Shown: piece after piece, positions 10,008-24,982 of the stretch
Numbering within the stretch: position 1 is the first letter of the stretch
How the letters are laid out: each line of letters starts with the position of its first letter
Assembly (NCBI GenBank): GCA_015680685.1
Contig: MNCI01002105.1
Coordinates: 381,734 to 445,733, forward strand
Direction: 5' to 3'
From: Gnetum montanum
Taxonomy: Eukaryota; Plantae; Gnetophyta
Length of the DNA stretch: 64,000 nt
Notes under the pieces: generated by a model
What the model saw: only the letters and a program-made list of their open reading frames with translations
Database searches by the model: none
Told to the model about the DNA's origin: nothing
Program-made: the position numbers and the translations under genes

Positions 10008-11220
10008 GACTCCTCTATGATTTTCAGGACAGTTTCAATTTTACTATCTAAGGAGCTCCATATTTCATCTACCTTAGCTGACACTTCCATTGTTAGCTTT
10101 TGAAGCAACAAGGTTTTTCTATTCACCAACTCTTTGAGTGGTGACTCATCCTCCTCATTGCAAAATCTCACTCCCCTCTTTCGGAGGAAAGGATTGCGGT
10201 TATATTCTTCCGTACTCTCTCTTTTCCATAGCTCCCCTTCTTCTTTAGCTACTTGCTCCACCAATTAATGAATTTCATGGGATCTAAGTTCAGATAGTCT
10301 CCCTTGGGCATATGTCCCGAGGGTTCTCCTAGTTTCGTGTCTTAGCCCATCTAAGAGGTGGCGAAGTTGATCCCGTTATGCATAACCATGGCCCAGGCAA
10401 CAATGTAGCAATGCATAGTATCGGCCCATGGTAGCATCCAAGGGTTCATGAGTACCCTGCTTCCATCCTTGGATCTGCTTATGCAAGTTGGACACTCTGG
10501 AGTACATTTGGTATTTATCATTGAACAATTCTAGCATGGTACCTCATCTCCTAATGGTTTCCGGTTCTAAGAACTGGTACCAACTCTCTGCTTCTTTTAT
10601 GAGTGTCCTGGGAAACAACTTTAATTTCTACCACTCATTTTCGATATTTTGCAAGGTGCAGGCATCATGGAATGCCTATAAATGATTCTGTGGATTAGCA
10701 TTGTATCCCCCCTCAAAGCATGGGATATTATTCATATCTAATCTCTTGATCCAACTATCTTTTTTATGCCTTGTAGATATTCTCACAGCCTCCATAATAT
10801 CTAACATACTCCAGGATGCTAGTAGGGGTTCTTCATGGTCATCTCTCTCATGACGTCTATGATGCCTATGTGGTTCCCTACTTTCCCTTCTATGCCTTAA
10901 TTCTTATAAATGCCCTCGTCCTCTCTCTCGACTCTCTCGTCGAGGGTTCTCATTTTGCATACCCTTATCCTCACCGTTGTGCTCTTTGTGACTGCACCCT
11001 GATGTGAAAGGAGAGGGTGAATGATGTGATGAATGGGAAGAAGAAGGAGAACCATTTCCATGACGATGTTTCTTACCTTTTCTTCGATGGCTATGGCCCT
11101 GATCGTGATGATGATCTGAATGCCCATCCTTGTCATATGTTTTTGTTCCCTCGGTGAACAATTAGTGTTCACGGGGATCAGAACTAGGGTTGTGAATCAT
11201 GGAGTGTAGGTTCTGATACC
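10008..11220 (-). mobile_element. gag: Remnant of iMet-primed LTR retrotransposon: PBS and degenerate gag with His/Arg-rich N-terminus, interrupted by element A
   Basis: Minus ggtatcagaacc at ~11209-11220 resembles TGGTATCAGAGC; gag-like IPCFEGG...LKLFPRTLIKEAESWY. Confidence 0.65.
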
Positions 11221-11325
11221 CCATCTCCTTACAATTGTTAGGAGGGGGAACATCATTTTGTAGAGAACCTATGGAAATAGGNTACAATTGTTAGGAGGGG
11301 GAACATCATTTTGTAGAGAACCTAT

Positions 11326-11918
11326 NNNNNNNNNNNNNNNNNNNNNNNNNNNNNNNNNNNNNNNNNNNNNNNNNNNNNNNNNNNNNNNNNNNNNNNNNNN
11401 NNNNNNNNNNNNNNNNNNNNNNNNNNNNNNNNNNNNNNNNNNNNNNNNNNNNNNNNNNNNNNNNNNNNNNNNNNNNNNNNNNNNNNNNNNNNNNNNNNNN
11501 NNNNNNNNNNNNNNNNNNNNNNNNNNNNNNNNNNNNNNNNNNNNNNNNNNNNNNNNNNNNNNNNNNNNNNNNNNNNNNNNNNNNNNNNNNNNNNNNNNNN
11601 NNNNNNNNNNNNNNNNNNNNNNNNNNNNNNNNNNNNNNNNNNNNNNNNNNNNNNNNNNNNNNNNNNNNNNNNNNNNNNNNNNNNNNNNNNNNNNNNNNNN
11701 NNNNNNNNNNNNNNNNNNNNNNNNNNNNNNNNNNNNNNNNNNNNNNNNNNNNNNNNNNNNNNNNNNNNNNNNNNNNNNNNNNNNNNNNNNNNNNNNNNNN
11801 NNNNNNNNNNNNNNNNNNNNNNNNNNNNNNNNNNNNNNNNNNNNNNNNNNNNNNNNNNNNNNNNNNNNNNNNNNNNNNNNNNNNNNNNNNNNNNNNNNNN
11901 NNNNNNNNNNNNNNNNNN
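11326..11918. other. Assembly gap (N run)
   Basis: Run of n. Confidence 0.99.
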
Positions 11919-14900
11919 AAGCGGTCGTACTGAATGCACTTAACTATGGGAGAAGGGTTGAGAAAGATTTAATTAACTAATAAAGCATTTAAATGATAAT
12001 AAATAAATAAAAACACAGCTTTTCATAGAGATGAATGATAAAAAGAATAAGGGAACTCATATAGCTAAACACATTATATTATGAGAGGGGGGAGATTCTT
12101 TTCAGGGGGGTTCTTCTATGACTTAAAAACCAGAAACAATAGTTTCTCTTTTGGAGGGAAGGAGGGGAATCAGATCTTGGGTTAACTAGGAGGATAGTTA
12201 CATATTTTTTGGGGTTTTTTTTTTGTTTCAGGTACATGCATTAGAGGCTTTCTCTCTCTGCTACCTGCTTGTTGACAATGCATAGTACACACAATAGCAG
12301 AAGATAATAGAAATTTTGTAGGCAGTGGTTCCTTTATTTTTTGCAATGGACAATAGCACATCAATGGCTAGGGCATGTGGCAAGTTGTGATGGTCCTCCC
12401 AACAACTATGGTGACCTCTTTCCTCCTTTTTGGGCTATTGTAGTGAACTAACAGCAACAACACAAATTCCTAATAGTGGCAGGCCATACGATGATAGAGC
12501 GTTTCCTCTCCCCTGCGATCTCTCTTAGTGGTGCAAGATCTAGCTTCTCCTTTGTCCTTCTTCAAGTGGTGGTCACAGTCTTCCTGTCTAGCAGAGGACA
12601 TTAGCAATAGTGTTCCTAGTGACACACGAGGCTAGTGGAACGACTAGACCAAGAAAAATTCATTTTTTACTTATTGTATCGAAAACAATTATTTAATTTT
12701 AATTCTAGATTTCTTTTAGTTTATTATTTGGAAAAGGCCACATAGCCCTCTCCAATTGAGACAATTCCTAGGTTTCCGTATCCATACGGGAGACACCCTA
12801 GGCTATAGTCTCCTAAAACGAGTTTTGTTTCCTAGTGTTGGTGCAACAAAAATTTATGCATCAACACCAACAAGGTGTGATATGATAGTAGAAGATTCCT
12901 CTTCCAATAGATGGGTTTGAAATGGCTGTAGAAAATTAGGTCTCAATTTTGTTGAAGAGTAGTATGAATTAAGTTAATAGTGAGTAGAGTGAGTTACTGA
13001 GTTTGTGATCTTACAGATGAGGAAATCCTACATAAACCAAACATTGTTGATGTTGTGCATTAAGCAACAAATGTCTTTTCTAATGAAGTCAGTCATGGAT
13101 TCTTACATCTTTTCTTCTCAGGCGGCTTGATTCAAAGTCATTATTTTGATGGAAGTTTTCTAAAATTGCANTGATTCAAAGTCATTATTTTGATGGAAGT
13201 TTTCTAAAATTGCAAAATCACAAGCCTTCAATCAAGGGGAAATGACAATAGGACAACAAAGTGGACCCTCAATTTTGAGAAAAATGACACCAAGAAAAAA
13301 CCAGCTCAGGGTAGCTACATCCGTGTTATTAACAAGGAAGTTGGTCTTCCAATGCCTTAACTTAGACATGGACACATGGATTACTCTGCCATTCACTGGA
13401 TCCAGTGCAATCTTCCTATCCAGAGAAATAATGAGCAATGCATAAAAGTCACCAAGAAGAGTCAATTCAACTGACATTTACATGGGATTTGTACTCAATT
13501 TTGCAAAAGACAAGTATCAATTTTATACAAAACAAGTCATGAATTTTAGCATTTTGAGCACGTTAATTCATGGTCAATGTGGTTTTGGAAGTCCTTGGAG
13601 GATTGCAGAAAATGGGCATCAATGATCTTTAAACATGACACCAAAGAAAACATGTCTGTTGCAAAAATTTCAAGCAATGCCAAGCCATTCGAGATTTAGC
13701 CTTCATACAAATACTACTTTTACACCACACCTAGTATAGTTAGACACGAGGTACTTCACATTTTTGGTAGGAACCAACCATGAATCCAAAGACTTTTGGA
13801 TAAAGCTATTAATGTTCAATGTGTTTGTGTGTATTTATTGTGTATTGACCTTATAAAAAGATAGAGCACTTGTATAAAACTCTGATGAAACATGTGAATA
13901 AATAAAGGTATCTAAATAAGTGGTATTTCTTAAATATGATTTGTTTTTTTTAATAGCCACTACAGAAATGTCAAATTAAATCTATGGCAATTACAGTGCT
14001 CAAGGAAAAGAAAGCTTTGTACTTCAACATGCATAATTACTACAAAAGGATTATCAATCTCTTCTATCCTTTGTAATCATAGTTGTTAACACTTTTGTGA
14101 TCATTGCAGGAACCAAAAATGATATCCTTTTGAAACAATAGCACATAATAAAAGAGAATATCAATTGCAGCCATGGAACATTAAGCAAAATAATTAGTGA
14201 TTATTATTGAAATTAAACTCAGAGGTTTAATTTTCAAGGTCATTTTTCAAGACTGGAAAACAAATGACATTCAATGCACTACTGTCCCTGGTTACGGATC
14301 AAATTTCAATGTTAGCAAGTTTTTTTTCATCGTCTCAAATGGCAATGTATTGGTATTAGGGAAATTTAGAAATGTCTTCTATTTTTGGATTTACATGTCT
14401 CATCATTAATTGTGTCGTAACACTTAGCAACAAGGTACACTAAATGATTGCAGTAACAAAACTGGATTATTCCAAAGTTAAAATTAGATTTGAGAACTTG
14501 CATTATACATGATCTCCAAAAGGACAGCAAAATTTTGAACATGGATTTGTAATTTGTTCATTTATTCAAATATTCCCTTCAATGCTCATAACATCATGCA
14601 AAATCAATGCTAGAAGAACTCTGATAAAATCATCATAGCAGTAATGTAATTCTATAAAATGCAAGAATGCAACATTAATGAAATGAAATGGCCATCGTTA
14701 TGTTATTTTGGTGCAAAAAAGGAACAAGTCAAAGTACAAAAGTTGATGAAGGTAGAAAAATAAAAATGATTAGAATTGGATAGGCAATAAAATCCAGCCA
14801 AAAAAACTAGAACTGAAATCCAAATTTTATTGTCACAACACCTTGCAGCAGTGGAAATTTTATTGTCACAACACCTTGCAGCAGTGGATTGATGTGCAGA

Positions 14901-16329
14901 TTGTTTGTGGAAGCACTGTTTGGTAAGAAAACCTTGCAAAACTTCAAAAATGTGTAAGAAGTCCTTCCACCTTGGAAGCTGACTGAAAGATAAAATCTGA
15001 AAGAGCATGGTTGAAAGAAGAAACCCCAAATTTGCTGTTGCAATATGAAACATTGCAATGTTATGGCACATAGAAAGAAAATATGGTAGATGAAACAGTT
15101 CTGTTGTTATCAATCCATTCGTACTTGCTCACTCAACATTCATCCAATCTCATTTATTTTGCGAAAACTCTCATAAACTATTTCACTGGCAGGGTTTCGA
15201 GTTTTCATGACTCGTAAAAACTGGCGGATTTCAATTTTCATGCTCACCATGCTGAAGATCTTGTACTCGGCGAGTTAAGATGATTCAGCTCTGATTCTTT
15301 GCAAAACTTGTAACCCTGCGAGTACCCACAAAAACCCTGTGAGTTTCGCTGGTCACCACCACCAGATTACCATAGAGCCTCCCTTGGGCGTGTCACCGGC
15401 ATCCTGCACCTTCGAACACACCGTCAATACCAAAAATTCTCAAGTCCCACATTCAGGCATTTCACCGTCTGTTTGGAAAGCTTGATACCACAATCCACGA
15501 TCCCAAAATTCATGAATAACAGTAGAAAAACAAGTTCAAGTTCAACAATACAGACAAGAAATTCAATAGAGAAAGCTGAACGAAAACGAAACGCAAACAA
15601 ACAAAGATGGAATACAGCTGGACAAGGAGGAGATTCTCTTTCTTCTCTATCTCCATAAAACCAGAAGAAGAAGACAAAGCCAAAAACTCTCTTTGAAATA
15701 AAACCAACAACCTTGTTTACAAACCATTTATTAGATGATGCTTTAATCTCACAATGTTCCATGCTGAATATGTTGTCTTAGATTAAGCTTCTGAGATGAT
15801 GTTACTTGATATCTATGTGTTTAGAATGTTCATGATGAACAGGATTGTGTGAGATTGCAATAGTATTTGTGCATAAACAAATGGGAGGTTCAAGTGTATA
15901 TCTCATTTCAATGAAAATAGAGTGGATCCATATAGCCTAAGTAGCAGCCTTAGATTCAGTTCTACTTTTGAGAGTAGTTTGTTTCTTTTATCTCCAAGAG
16001 ATAAGAGGACCAAAGGAAAAACAAAAATCAAAAGTTGATTTTCGATCTTTAAAGTCGCCTCCTAAGTTCACATTAGTGCATCCCCATATCTTGAAATTTT
16101 TATGTCAATGAAATGTGATCTCATAATTTGTTGTAGTTATCGCAAAACCCGTTGCTTTGCAACTTTTCAATGTGATTCATTCGAATCTTGCATGAATTAA
16201 AGAGTTAATTTATAGCAAATTGGATGTGTGAATGGACAGGTATTAGAAAGATATTTACAGAATGGTATAATGAAGGATCAAAAGATGAAAATGTGTCATT
16301 CTTGATAAGTTTTGTACCAAGTAACAGTA

Positions 16330-17250
16330 GTGTATTTGAGGGATTACAACTAATCATGCCAAATTTCTCCATTAAGGATTGGGCAAATTTTATTTGGCAT
16401 ATGAAAATTGATTTTGGCTTTTGTACAACTTAAAACCCTAAGAAATATGACATCTTCCTCAGACCAAACATTTCAAATTCATTTTTTATGGCATTAAGAA
16501 AATTATTTCCTAATGCACTTGTAGATGAAAAATAGATTAAATCATTTACATATAAACAAACAAAAATATAATCATCACTAAATACTTTTTTATAAATAGA
16601 TGTTTATGATTAAAGATTGGTAAAGTTTGCTTCCATGCATGAAGAATGCATGAATTTGCACATACCAAGCACATGGAGTGGAGCTTGCTTAAGCCTATAT
16701 AATATTTTATGGAGTTTGTAAACATGATTTCTCTTTTCTTCATTAATGAAACCAGGTGGTTGTTCTATGTAAACTTTTTCATTAAGTAAACCATTAAGAA
16801 ATACATATGCCACAATAAATGACATCATCCACCTCAGGAGCAATAGCAAAAAAAATTTAAGAAAAATTCAGACATTCCATTCCTGAAACAAAAGCAATAC
16901 TATCATCAAAATCTATACCTTGTTGTTGGAGACATTGTTTGACAATTAAATGAGCCTTGAATTTGTCTACCTCACCATACTGCTTTTTTTTTTAAACACC
17001 CATTTTAACCCAATAACAAGGTTACCATATAAACAAGGAGCAAGGCTCCAAGTGTTATTTCTGTAAATTTGTTGCAATTTTTTTATGCACAATCCAATCC
17101 GATGTTTATCTAGTGCAGGTTTGATGACGGTTGAGGGTTCCATCAAACCATCATCAGTCCCATCCATCAACCTAAGCAGCGCAAAAAATTCATCTACCAC
17201 GAGCATATGCAACAGTTTCCATATCCTGGGTTGATTGATCAAGCATTGTG
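16330..17250 (-). pseudogene. Ty1/copia reverse transcriptase remnant
   Basis: NNTWSL, VIGLKWVFKKK, FLNGLLNEKVYIEQPPGF...HVYKLHKILYRLKQAP; frameshifted. Confidence 0.85.
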
Positions 17251-19869
17251 CTCCTGAAAGTTACTATGAGTCATGGGCTGATGAAATTGGGGCTGATGAA
17301 ATTGGGAATCGATCATTTGGGGGCTGGGTGATGGGTAACCAGCAGAAATGGGAGTTGCTGCAAATATGGGAGAGGACGGTTTGGGCAGGGACGTAGATAT
17401 AGCAGGGGAATGATCATTGAAAATAAAAGGAGTGAGATCCCAGCGCAGAGAGTGTGCTGGAGCCACAAAACATGGATACGAGGTTGATGCACCCGGTTTG
17501 GTTGAAAGCGGCAGTTGAGCATGAGTGTTATCGCCTATGCGCCGGAGATTCACGATTCCCTATAAATTTTGAAGAACTGTTCGTGTCGGATTCGGGGGAG
17601 CGCATACAGAAGCGTATTAAATTCGTATTAAATTCGCAGTGTGTACGTATTTCATAATTTCCAATGAAATTTTGTCTGATTTGAAAATATACATTGATAT
17701 GGTCGCCTTGCCTCGTATTGTATTGCCTTTTTAGTTCTTGCGATGTCTCCATTTTGCATTAAAATCTTACATATCTTCTCCTGTTCTTAATCATACCAAA
17801 AATTTCACTTAGCATCTATTTCTATGTCATTCTATTTTGTAAAAAGCTAGTCTGTGCGAACATTTGGTTGTGTCCCAACTTGGGGTACCTCCTCTAATAC
17901 TAGTTTATTTTTAACGTGTTTCCCCAGTGTCATTCACGATGCTCTCAGTTTTCCTCTTCCCTTAACCTTATGACTTATTCAAGTTGTTGTAATTGATGCT
18001 CCTTTAATTTCAATAAAACTTTTTTTCGGGGTCCGACACCCCATACCAAAAATTTCATTTCATTGTTAAGTGGCAAGCAAGCAATCAAGATTCATGGCAT
18101 CGGCAGACGGACCACAGAAAACAAGGGAGTACGAATAAATAAACAAACACACGGAAATCACGAAAGGGCTACTATAGTAACCGATGGCCGAAGGGGCAAG
18201 TATGGGTCATACGGAAAGTTTTTTGGACAGGGCGTGCGAGGAAAACATTGCATTTGCATGGATTCGCCTGGCTTTGGGAGTTCTGCCATGACTCACACAT
18301 TGTGTGCGTGTTTATTGTTCATTGCTGGTTCTTCTCTTTTTCTCATATCTCTGCTTTAAAAAAAAAACAAAACAAAACAGGGTCATCGTCCTGGGTCATG
18401 AGTCATGAACATGATGATGGATGGATGGTTGTTCAACATTTTTAAAAATCTGTTTGCTTATAAAGCAATGAAGCCCACCAGCACATCACATGGACAATGG
18501 ACATCACATGGACAATGGACATACGCAGACTCATGGTGCTCTATTTTTACTTTCCCCTTCATCATGACTAGTGCTGATTTTCCAGCATCTAAAAGGTTTT
18601 CGATCATTATAGGTGAGAAAGGTTTTCAATCATTATAGGTGAGATGAGTTACTGTGCTGTGCCTAGTTTAGTTAAGTTGTGTATTCTTATAATACGGTCA
18701 TGGTCATCTTCAACGTGGCCCTACTCACCGGTAGTCCCTAAGGTGCTACTCATAGGTAGTCTTTGAACAAAAGTGCTACTCATAGGTAGTCGTTGAACAA
18801 AAGTATTAGCAGACCTGATTTCTTATAAATTTGGTGGAGGCTTGAGGCTTAATTTCATTTTTGGATATATTGGATTGAGTAACAAAAGGATTTCATTTTA
18901 TTGCTGTCATTTTGGTTGTTGCAGAAATTATATGTTTGGCCAGATTATGGTTCCTGAGTAAGGAAATGGATTCAGTGCCCTCCATACCTTTCCAAATTTT
19001 CTTGCTTCAATTTAATTTAATGGTGATATTGCAATATTCTGTGCAATTTTTAAGCATTAACAATATTTTGGATTTACATTGTACTTGTTCTATGTTTTAC
19101 AATGTATTTTTATGATATATGGGATTTAATTTTTTTAAAAAACTAATATATTTAAATTTTCTCTATCATGCCCCGGCTACCAGCCGGTACCCAAACATGT
19201 TCAGAATCACGAATCCTCAATTCCTAGCTTCCACGAATCAGATTCTTTTGATGCATAGATTATCGCCATCCAGAGAAGATGATATGGTAGTGCCAGAAGA
19301 CAGAAAATTCGGATGCCAAAAAGAGGAAATGGTAGGGATATGAATACATTGTGCAGGGTGCCACGATGGACCAGGAAGACCAAATGGAGAATTTATCGGC
19401 AATAATGGGCACAGCTGCGGTATTCTATTGGCAAAAGATCTGCAGCTACGATGAGTGTTGGCAGAGGATGTTGCGGTATTGAATGAACAAAAGGCGGGAC
19501 GATTTTGGAGGAAGATGTGGCAGCAGCAACCCTGTTTTGTCCAACAAACCGGTAGAGGTCATCAATGTGCGTTGCATGCTAGCTTGGAATAGTTGCAGAC
19601 GAAGGATTGATAGCAGGTGCTGCAGATGATAGGCGATAGTGTGGTGGTATAACCGGCTGAGTTAACTCGGATGAATGAAGCAAACCAGAAGTGGTAGAAC
19701 GATTTCCAGATAAGTCGCTATGGCTACCCAATGTTGAGTGAGTTTGACTGTCCTGCAATTGGTAGGAAGGTAGATTCTATTGCAAAAAATCACGTTATAT
19801 CGGCATTGAAGAAAGGTCTTTTCGTTGAAAATGAGATCCGCTGTTTTTGGTGTTATTTGTTGTAACATC

Positions 19870-22461
19870 GCTTTTTGATATATTACCGTGGCTATGTTCC
19901 ATGAAAATCACATCACGGCAGTCTAAAACTTTTTTATTTTCGGAATTACAGCATCTATAACCTTTGGTGTTGGCACAGTACCCAATAAAAATGCATTGCC
20001 TTGTCTTTTGATCTAATTTTTGTCTATTATTTATTGGAATTTGAACATAGCAAGGTGAACTTAAAATTTTAGAATAAGAAATATTGGGGGATAGCCATAT
20101 CATAATGCATATGGTGTTTGATGTTGAATGGATTTGGATGGCATCCTATTCAAAATATAAATTGATGTTGAACATACTTCCACCCAAAACGGATTTTCTA
20201 ATCCAAAGAGTCCTATTCTTACTCTTAGCTATGCCATTTGGTTGGGGTGTAAATTCACCACCACGTTATATCTAGATGTTTTTAATTCTATTGCCATTTT
20301 GTTTTTCTAGAACTCTTTAACAAATCCCAATGTTTGATCTTTTAATTCTATAAAATAACCCAAAGAAAATTTTGAAAAATCATCCACTATGATCAACATA
20401 TATTGGCTTTTACCTAGGCTCAATGTTTGTATGGGATCACATAAATCCATATCAACTAGTTTTAATTTTTCTTGAGATCTATGTTCTTTTCTAGGAAATG
20501 GCAACCTTGTAATTTTTCTTAGTTGACATATGCCACAATCATGATTATCTAGCAAAGAAAATTTTGGCATAGCTCTTATAATTTTTCCTTTTTACCTATG
20601 GTCCATTGAGCCGCAGTTGACATGTCCTAACCAAGTAGGCCATAACCATGCTGTGTCTTTTGTGACATTGAGGCAATGAAATCCTTCTGCATCTGCAGCT
20701 TATACATCTGATTTTTGCTAACAGGAATAATGGCAGTACCTTTGTCATCATTAGACTTAGAGATTTTACAAAAATCGTTTTCAAATCCAACACGATACCC
20801 ATTGTGACATAATTGCCCACACCTAATAAATTCTTTGAAAGATATTGAAAATAACATATTGAAAGATATTGAAAATAAACAAAATAGATATTGAAAATAA
20901 CATATTTGTTACCTTGAGTTGAGTTGTTGTGAAGGAAAGAGATCCAATCCCAATAATGGTTAGCTTCTTTCCATTACCTATAGTTACTTTTCCATCATAT
21001 TTTTCTACACTTGAAAATAATTCCTTATTCCATGTCATGTGATTGCTGCACCCACTATCAACATATCAAATATTGTTGTTGTTGCTAGCATCTAAAACCT
21101 TTGTAAAGATTAGGAGTTGATCTATCTCCTTTTCAATATAAAACAATTACTCACCTTTTTGTTGATCCTTCTGTTGATCTTCATGTTCTATAATTTTTGC
21201 TTTACCTTTCTTTTCATACTTTTTCTTAGACCAATATTCTGAAGTATTGTGGGTGTTGGTACCACAAAAATCACAATGCTTACTTTCCTTTGTTTGATTT
21301 GAGCTTCCAGAGCCATGACCTCCAAATCTATTGTGACCACATCCACGTCCTCTAAATGAGGATCTACTATTGATTTTGATTTTGATTGAACATCCTCTAA
21401 AATTATACTTAAAATGCATTTGTTGTTGACTCCTCATGATCAGTAATTCTTTGCTCATATGTCCTAAAGCTTCCTATGAGCTCAACCATGGTCATCTTAT
21501 CGAGATCTCTTGCTTCTTCAATAGCCACAACGACAAGATCATATCATCTAGTTACACTTCAAAGGATCTTTTCAACAACATGCCTTTATTCAAGCATTTC
21601 TCCACAAGATTCAAGTTCATTTCAAACTTGTTGAAATTGGCTGATGTATTGATCAATATTCTCTAAATCTAGCATGCACAAAGATTCAAAATCTTTCCTT
21701 AATACTTGTAACTTGACACCACAAACTTTTGATGAATCCTTGTATGTAATCTCTAGTGCATCCCATGTAGCTTTACTAGTTCAATGCATGATAATTTTAG
21801 GAAAGATTTTCACATCTAATCCAAATTGAATGATGAATAATGCTTTTGCATCTTTCTTACAAAGCTCCTTGACTTAATTCTTTCATTCGACCTTCAAGGC
21901 TTGAAATGTTACTTGATCAACATCTTTAAATCTATTTTCAACAAAATCCCATAGATCTTCTGAGATAAAAAATGCATGCATCTTGATTGTTCAATACTCA
22001 TAATTCTCTTCATTGCAGACAGGAACATGGAGAGATACAAATTAGTGATTTTGGGCCATTTTGGAGAGATTTGTTGTTAAGAATATGAACTAAGTTACTC
22101 CAATACCAAATGAAGAATCTAAAAGGCCTTAGATCTATGATCTAAGCTAAAAGGAAATAAATAACTTAGTTAGAACAAACACACTCTTACGAAACTCTCT
22201 TAAATTCTCTTACTAATGAATATGTGCTACTATCATTGTATAGGCCTTGATCTCCCAAGAATAGATTTGGAGAGATAAGCATGAATCTAGGAAATCACGG
22301 AGATGATCCTTAACATCATATTTAAGGATCTTTTTAATAAGGGATGAACTAATCATGAGATTAGATATTAATTATATAAATAGGATCCCATCTTATTTAA
22401 TATAGATTTATGGATGAAATCTATCTAATTCTTTTGTGAAACATCTAGTCATCATATTTCA
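19870..22461 (-). mobile_element. Ty1/copia 5' half: LTR (~22111-22461), degenerate iMet PBS (22097-22108), gag (ATG 22059), zinc knuckle, PR, GAG-pre-IN, integrase
   Basis: CDFCGTNTHNTSE; VDSGCSNHMT; CGICQLRK...LVDMDLCDP...IVDDFSK; KLDQKTRQCIFIGYCANTKGYR. Confidence 0.9.
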
Positions 22462-24982
22462 CATTCTTATTAGTACATTGTACATCTTGCTCAGAGTTGT
22501 TGATTTGACTGGATGTACTTGGGTGTTTTTCATGTGATACAAAATTGAAACTTATTTTTTTATTAAAATCCTTTTGCACACTAATTGAAACATAATTTGG
22601 TTGTAAAATCAAACTAATTCAAAGTGATAATGGTATCGAATTCAATATGGATTCTTTTTATTAACAAAAAGAAAAAGATATTGATCATTAATGTACTTGT
22701 GTTGCTATCTTGCAATAAAATGGCATACTTAAATAAAAAAATTGACATCTTATAAATGTTGCTTGAGCTTTAAGGTTTCAAGTTGATCTACCTTTATATT
22801 TTTTGGGGGAATATGTTCTCATCATTATCTATCTTATCATTTGTACCTCCACACCTATTTTATCTAATCAAACCCCTCATGAAGTTCTTTTAATTATAAA
22901 CCTTTGTATTCTCATCTTAGAGTTTTTTGGATGTCTATGACATGCTAGTATATTTTTTGATAAAAAATCAAAGTTTGATTCGTGAGCTAAAACATGTGTT
23001 TTTCTTAGTTATCCTTATGTTCAAAAAGGATACAAGCTATTTGATTTGGATACCAAAAGACCATCATTGTTAAATGATGTATGAAATTATGGATAAAAAA
23101 ACTTGATGTTTTAATGAAATTTTAATATTGTTGCTTACAACGAGTTGACCATGAGTTGTGGTTATTGTATCCACCTTTTTTATATCACAATTACCAAGAA
23201 CAATTATGGCTTTAGCATTGTCTCACCTAAGTTTGAGCATAAAACTCCCTAAAAATGACATCTAATGGTATATTTTCAACTTCTAGAGGCCTCTAGGAAC
23301 CATTTCAGCTCATAACCTAGCATATGAGCATCACTTCTGGCAATCTTGGAAAGTTCAAAAATAAAAATTTTTCTAAGTGTCCTAGGTAATGTNAAAAGTT
23401 CAAAAATAAAAAATTTTCCAAGTGACCTAGGTAATGTTGACATTGACACTGATGTAGCATCATCATTAGCCCTAGACCAGCTTGTCCACCGATGACAAAA
23501 CTGCTTCTCAGCCTTCGTTTTGATCCTGTAGGATTCCAAATGACTTGTTCATAATATTTTCAACATGGTAAGTATCAAATTTTAGCATTTTGACAAGTTG
23601 ACCTTAGGGCCTTAGGAGCAAAATTTTTCTAAGTGTTATATTGACGTTAGCGTTTACACCTCTATCACCATGCTCACCTTCTTCACATCAGTTACCTACA
23701 TTTTAGCTACAATTTTGGCTCCCTGGGCTCTCTAGTAACTAGTTGACATTGATTCCAAGGCATCAAATATTAATTTTAGTAGTTTTAGAGGCAATCGTAT
23801 GGGATAAGTCTCAAAATTTTTCTAAGTGTGATAGTTGATGCTGATACTGACACTAGAGTTAGTGTCACCCTAATTGCATTAACATCAACTTAAGATCATC
23901 AGGATTATTAGTCAACAGTATTCCTTTAACCTACAAGCTACTTGGTGTTCGAGCATTATTATGTTACATTTTGATATTAGTTTGGGTTTCCTAGAGGCTT
24001 GAAATGACAACTTCAAAAAATGCTATGAAATTTTTTAAGTTCTTTGTTGATGTCAATGTTGATACTTATGGATCCTACATCATATGACCTTTGTCCTTCA
24101 TACTTCGCATTTCATATTGTCTCCAAGCTTCATGAACTTCTTGGCATTATCACAACATAAATTGACAATAGTTTGAACATTAGAAGAGGTCTAGAATCAT
24201 AATTTGGAAAACACTAGAAAATTTTATCTATCTCTTGGTGACACTAACATTAACACACTTCTCTCTTGCTCAGTGCTTCTAGTCTCACAATTCAAACTTA
24301 CACAAAAATGAACTCCACATGAACTTTGGTTAACTTTGGGATCAAATTTAGCAACCCTAAGCCTATAAATGTAGGATCAAAATCCAAATTTAGTATTACT
24401 TTCTTGAGATCCAAAGCACTTTTTTAGATTTTAAGAAATCAAGAGCATGAGCATCTACCTTCTTTGCAACTTCCCCATGCTCCATGATCATCACAGCTTT
24501 GCTTGGTAGTTCTCCCATCACAACCCTAGAGTTAGAATTCTTAGCATTAGCATTAATGATTCTAAAGTTAGAATTTTTTAGCTCCAACATCGCTTATTAG
24601 ATAGTCAAAAGAACTTTATTTTGGCTTCAAATTGATTCTAGACCATCCTTAAAGATTTCTTACTCCCATATTCATCATTCAAAGGTTTAATTGTAACACT
24701 AAACACCCATTTTTCTCATAAAATGAGCTTTTATTATCAATGTTATCTCTCTTACGGTTTTTACCAACACTTATAGCTTTAGTCCTCCCTAGAAGGCAAA
24801 CACTTCTCATTCATTTAATCAAGTGTTTTTATTATTTAGAAGGAAATTGAGACTCTTTTCCATATAAAAAATTCCCCATTATCATTTTTGTTATGTTTTT
24901 TTATTCACTTTTCCATACTTAGCTTTTGTTTTATATCACTACATAATCACTTCTATACTGAGTTTTTATTTACATTGAATAG

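Noticed and set aside
14823-14887. 33-bp direct duplication and similar micro-duplications at 18480-18830 and 20835-20900
   Set aside because: Ordinary slippage duplications with no further structure
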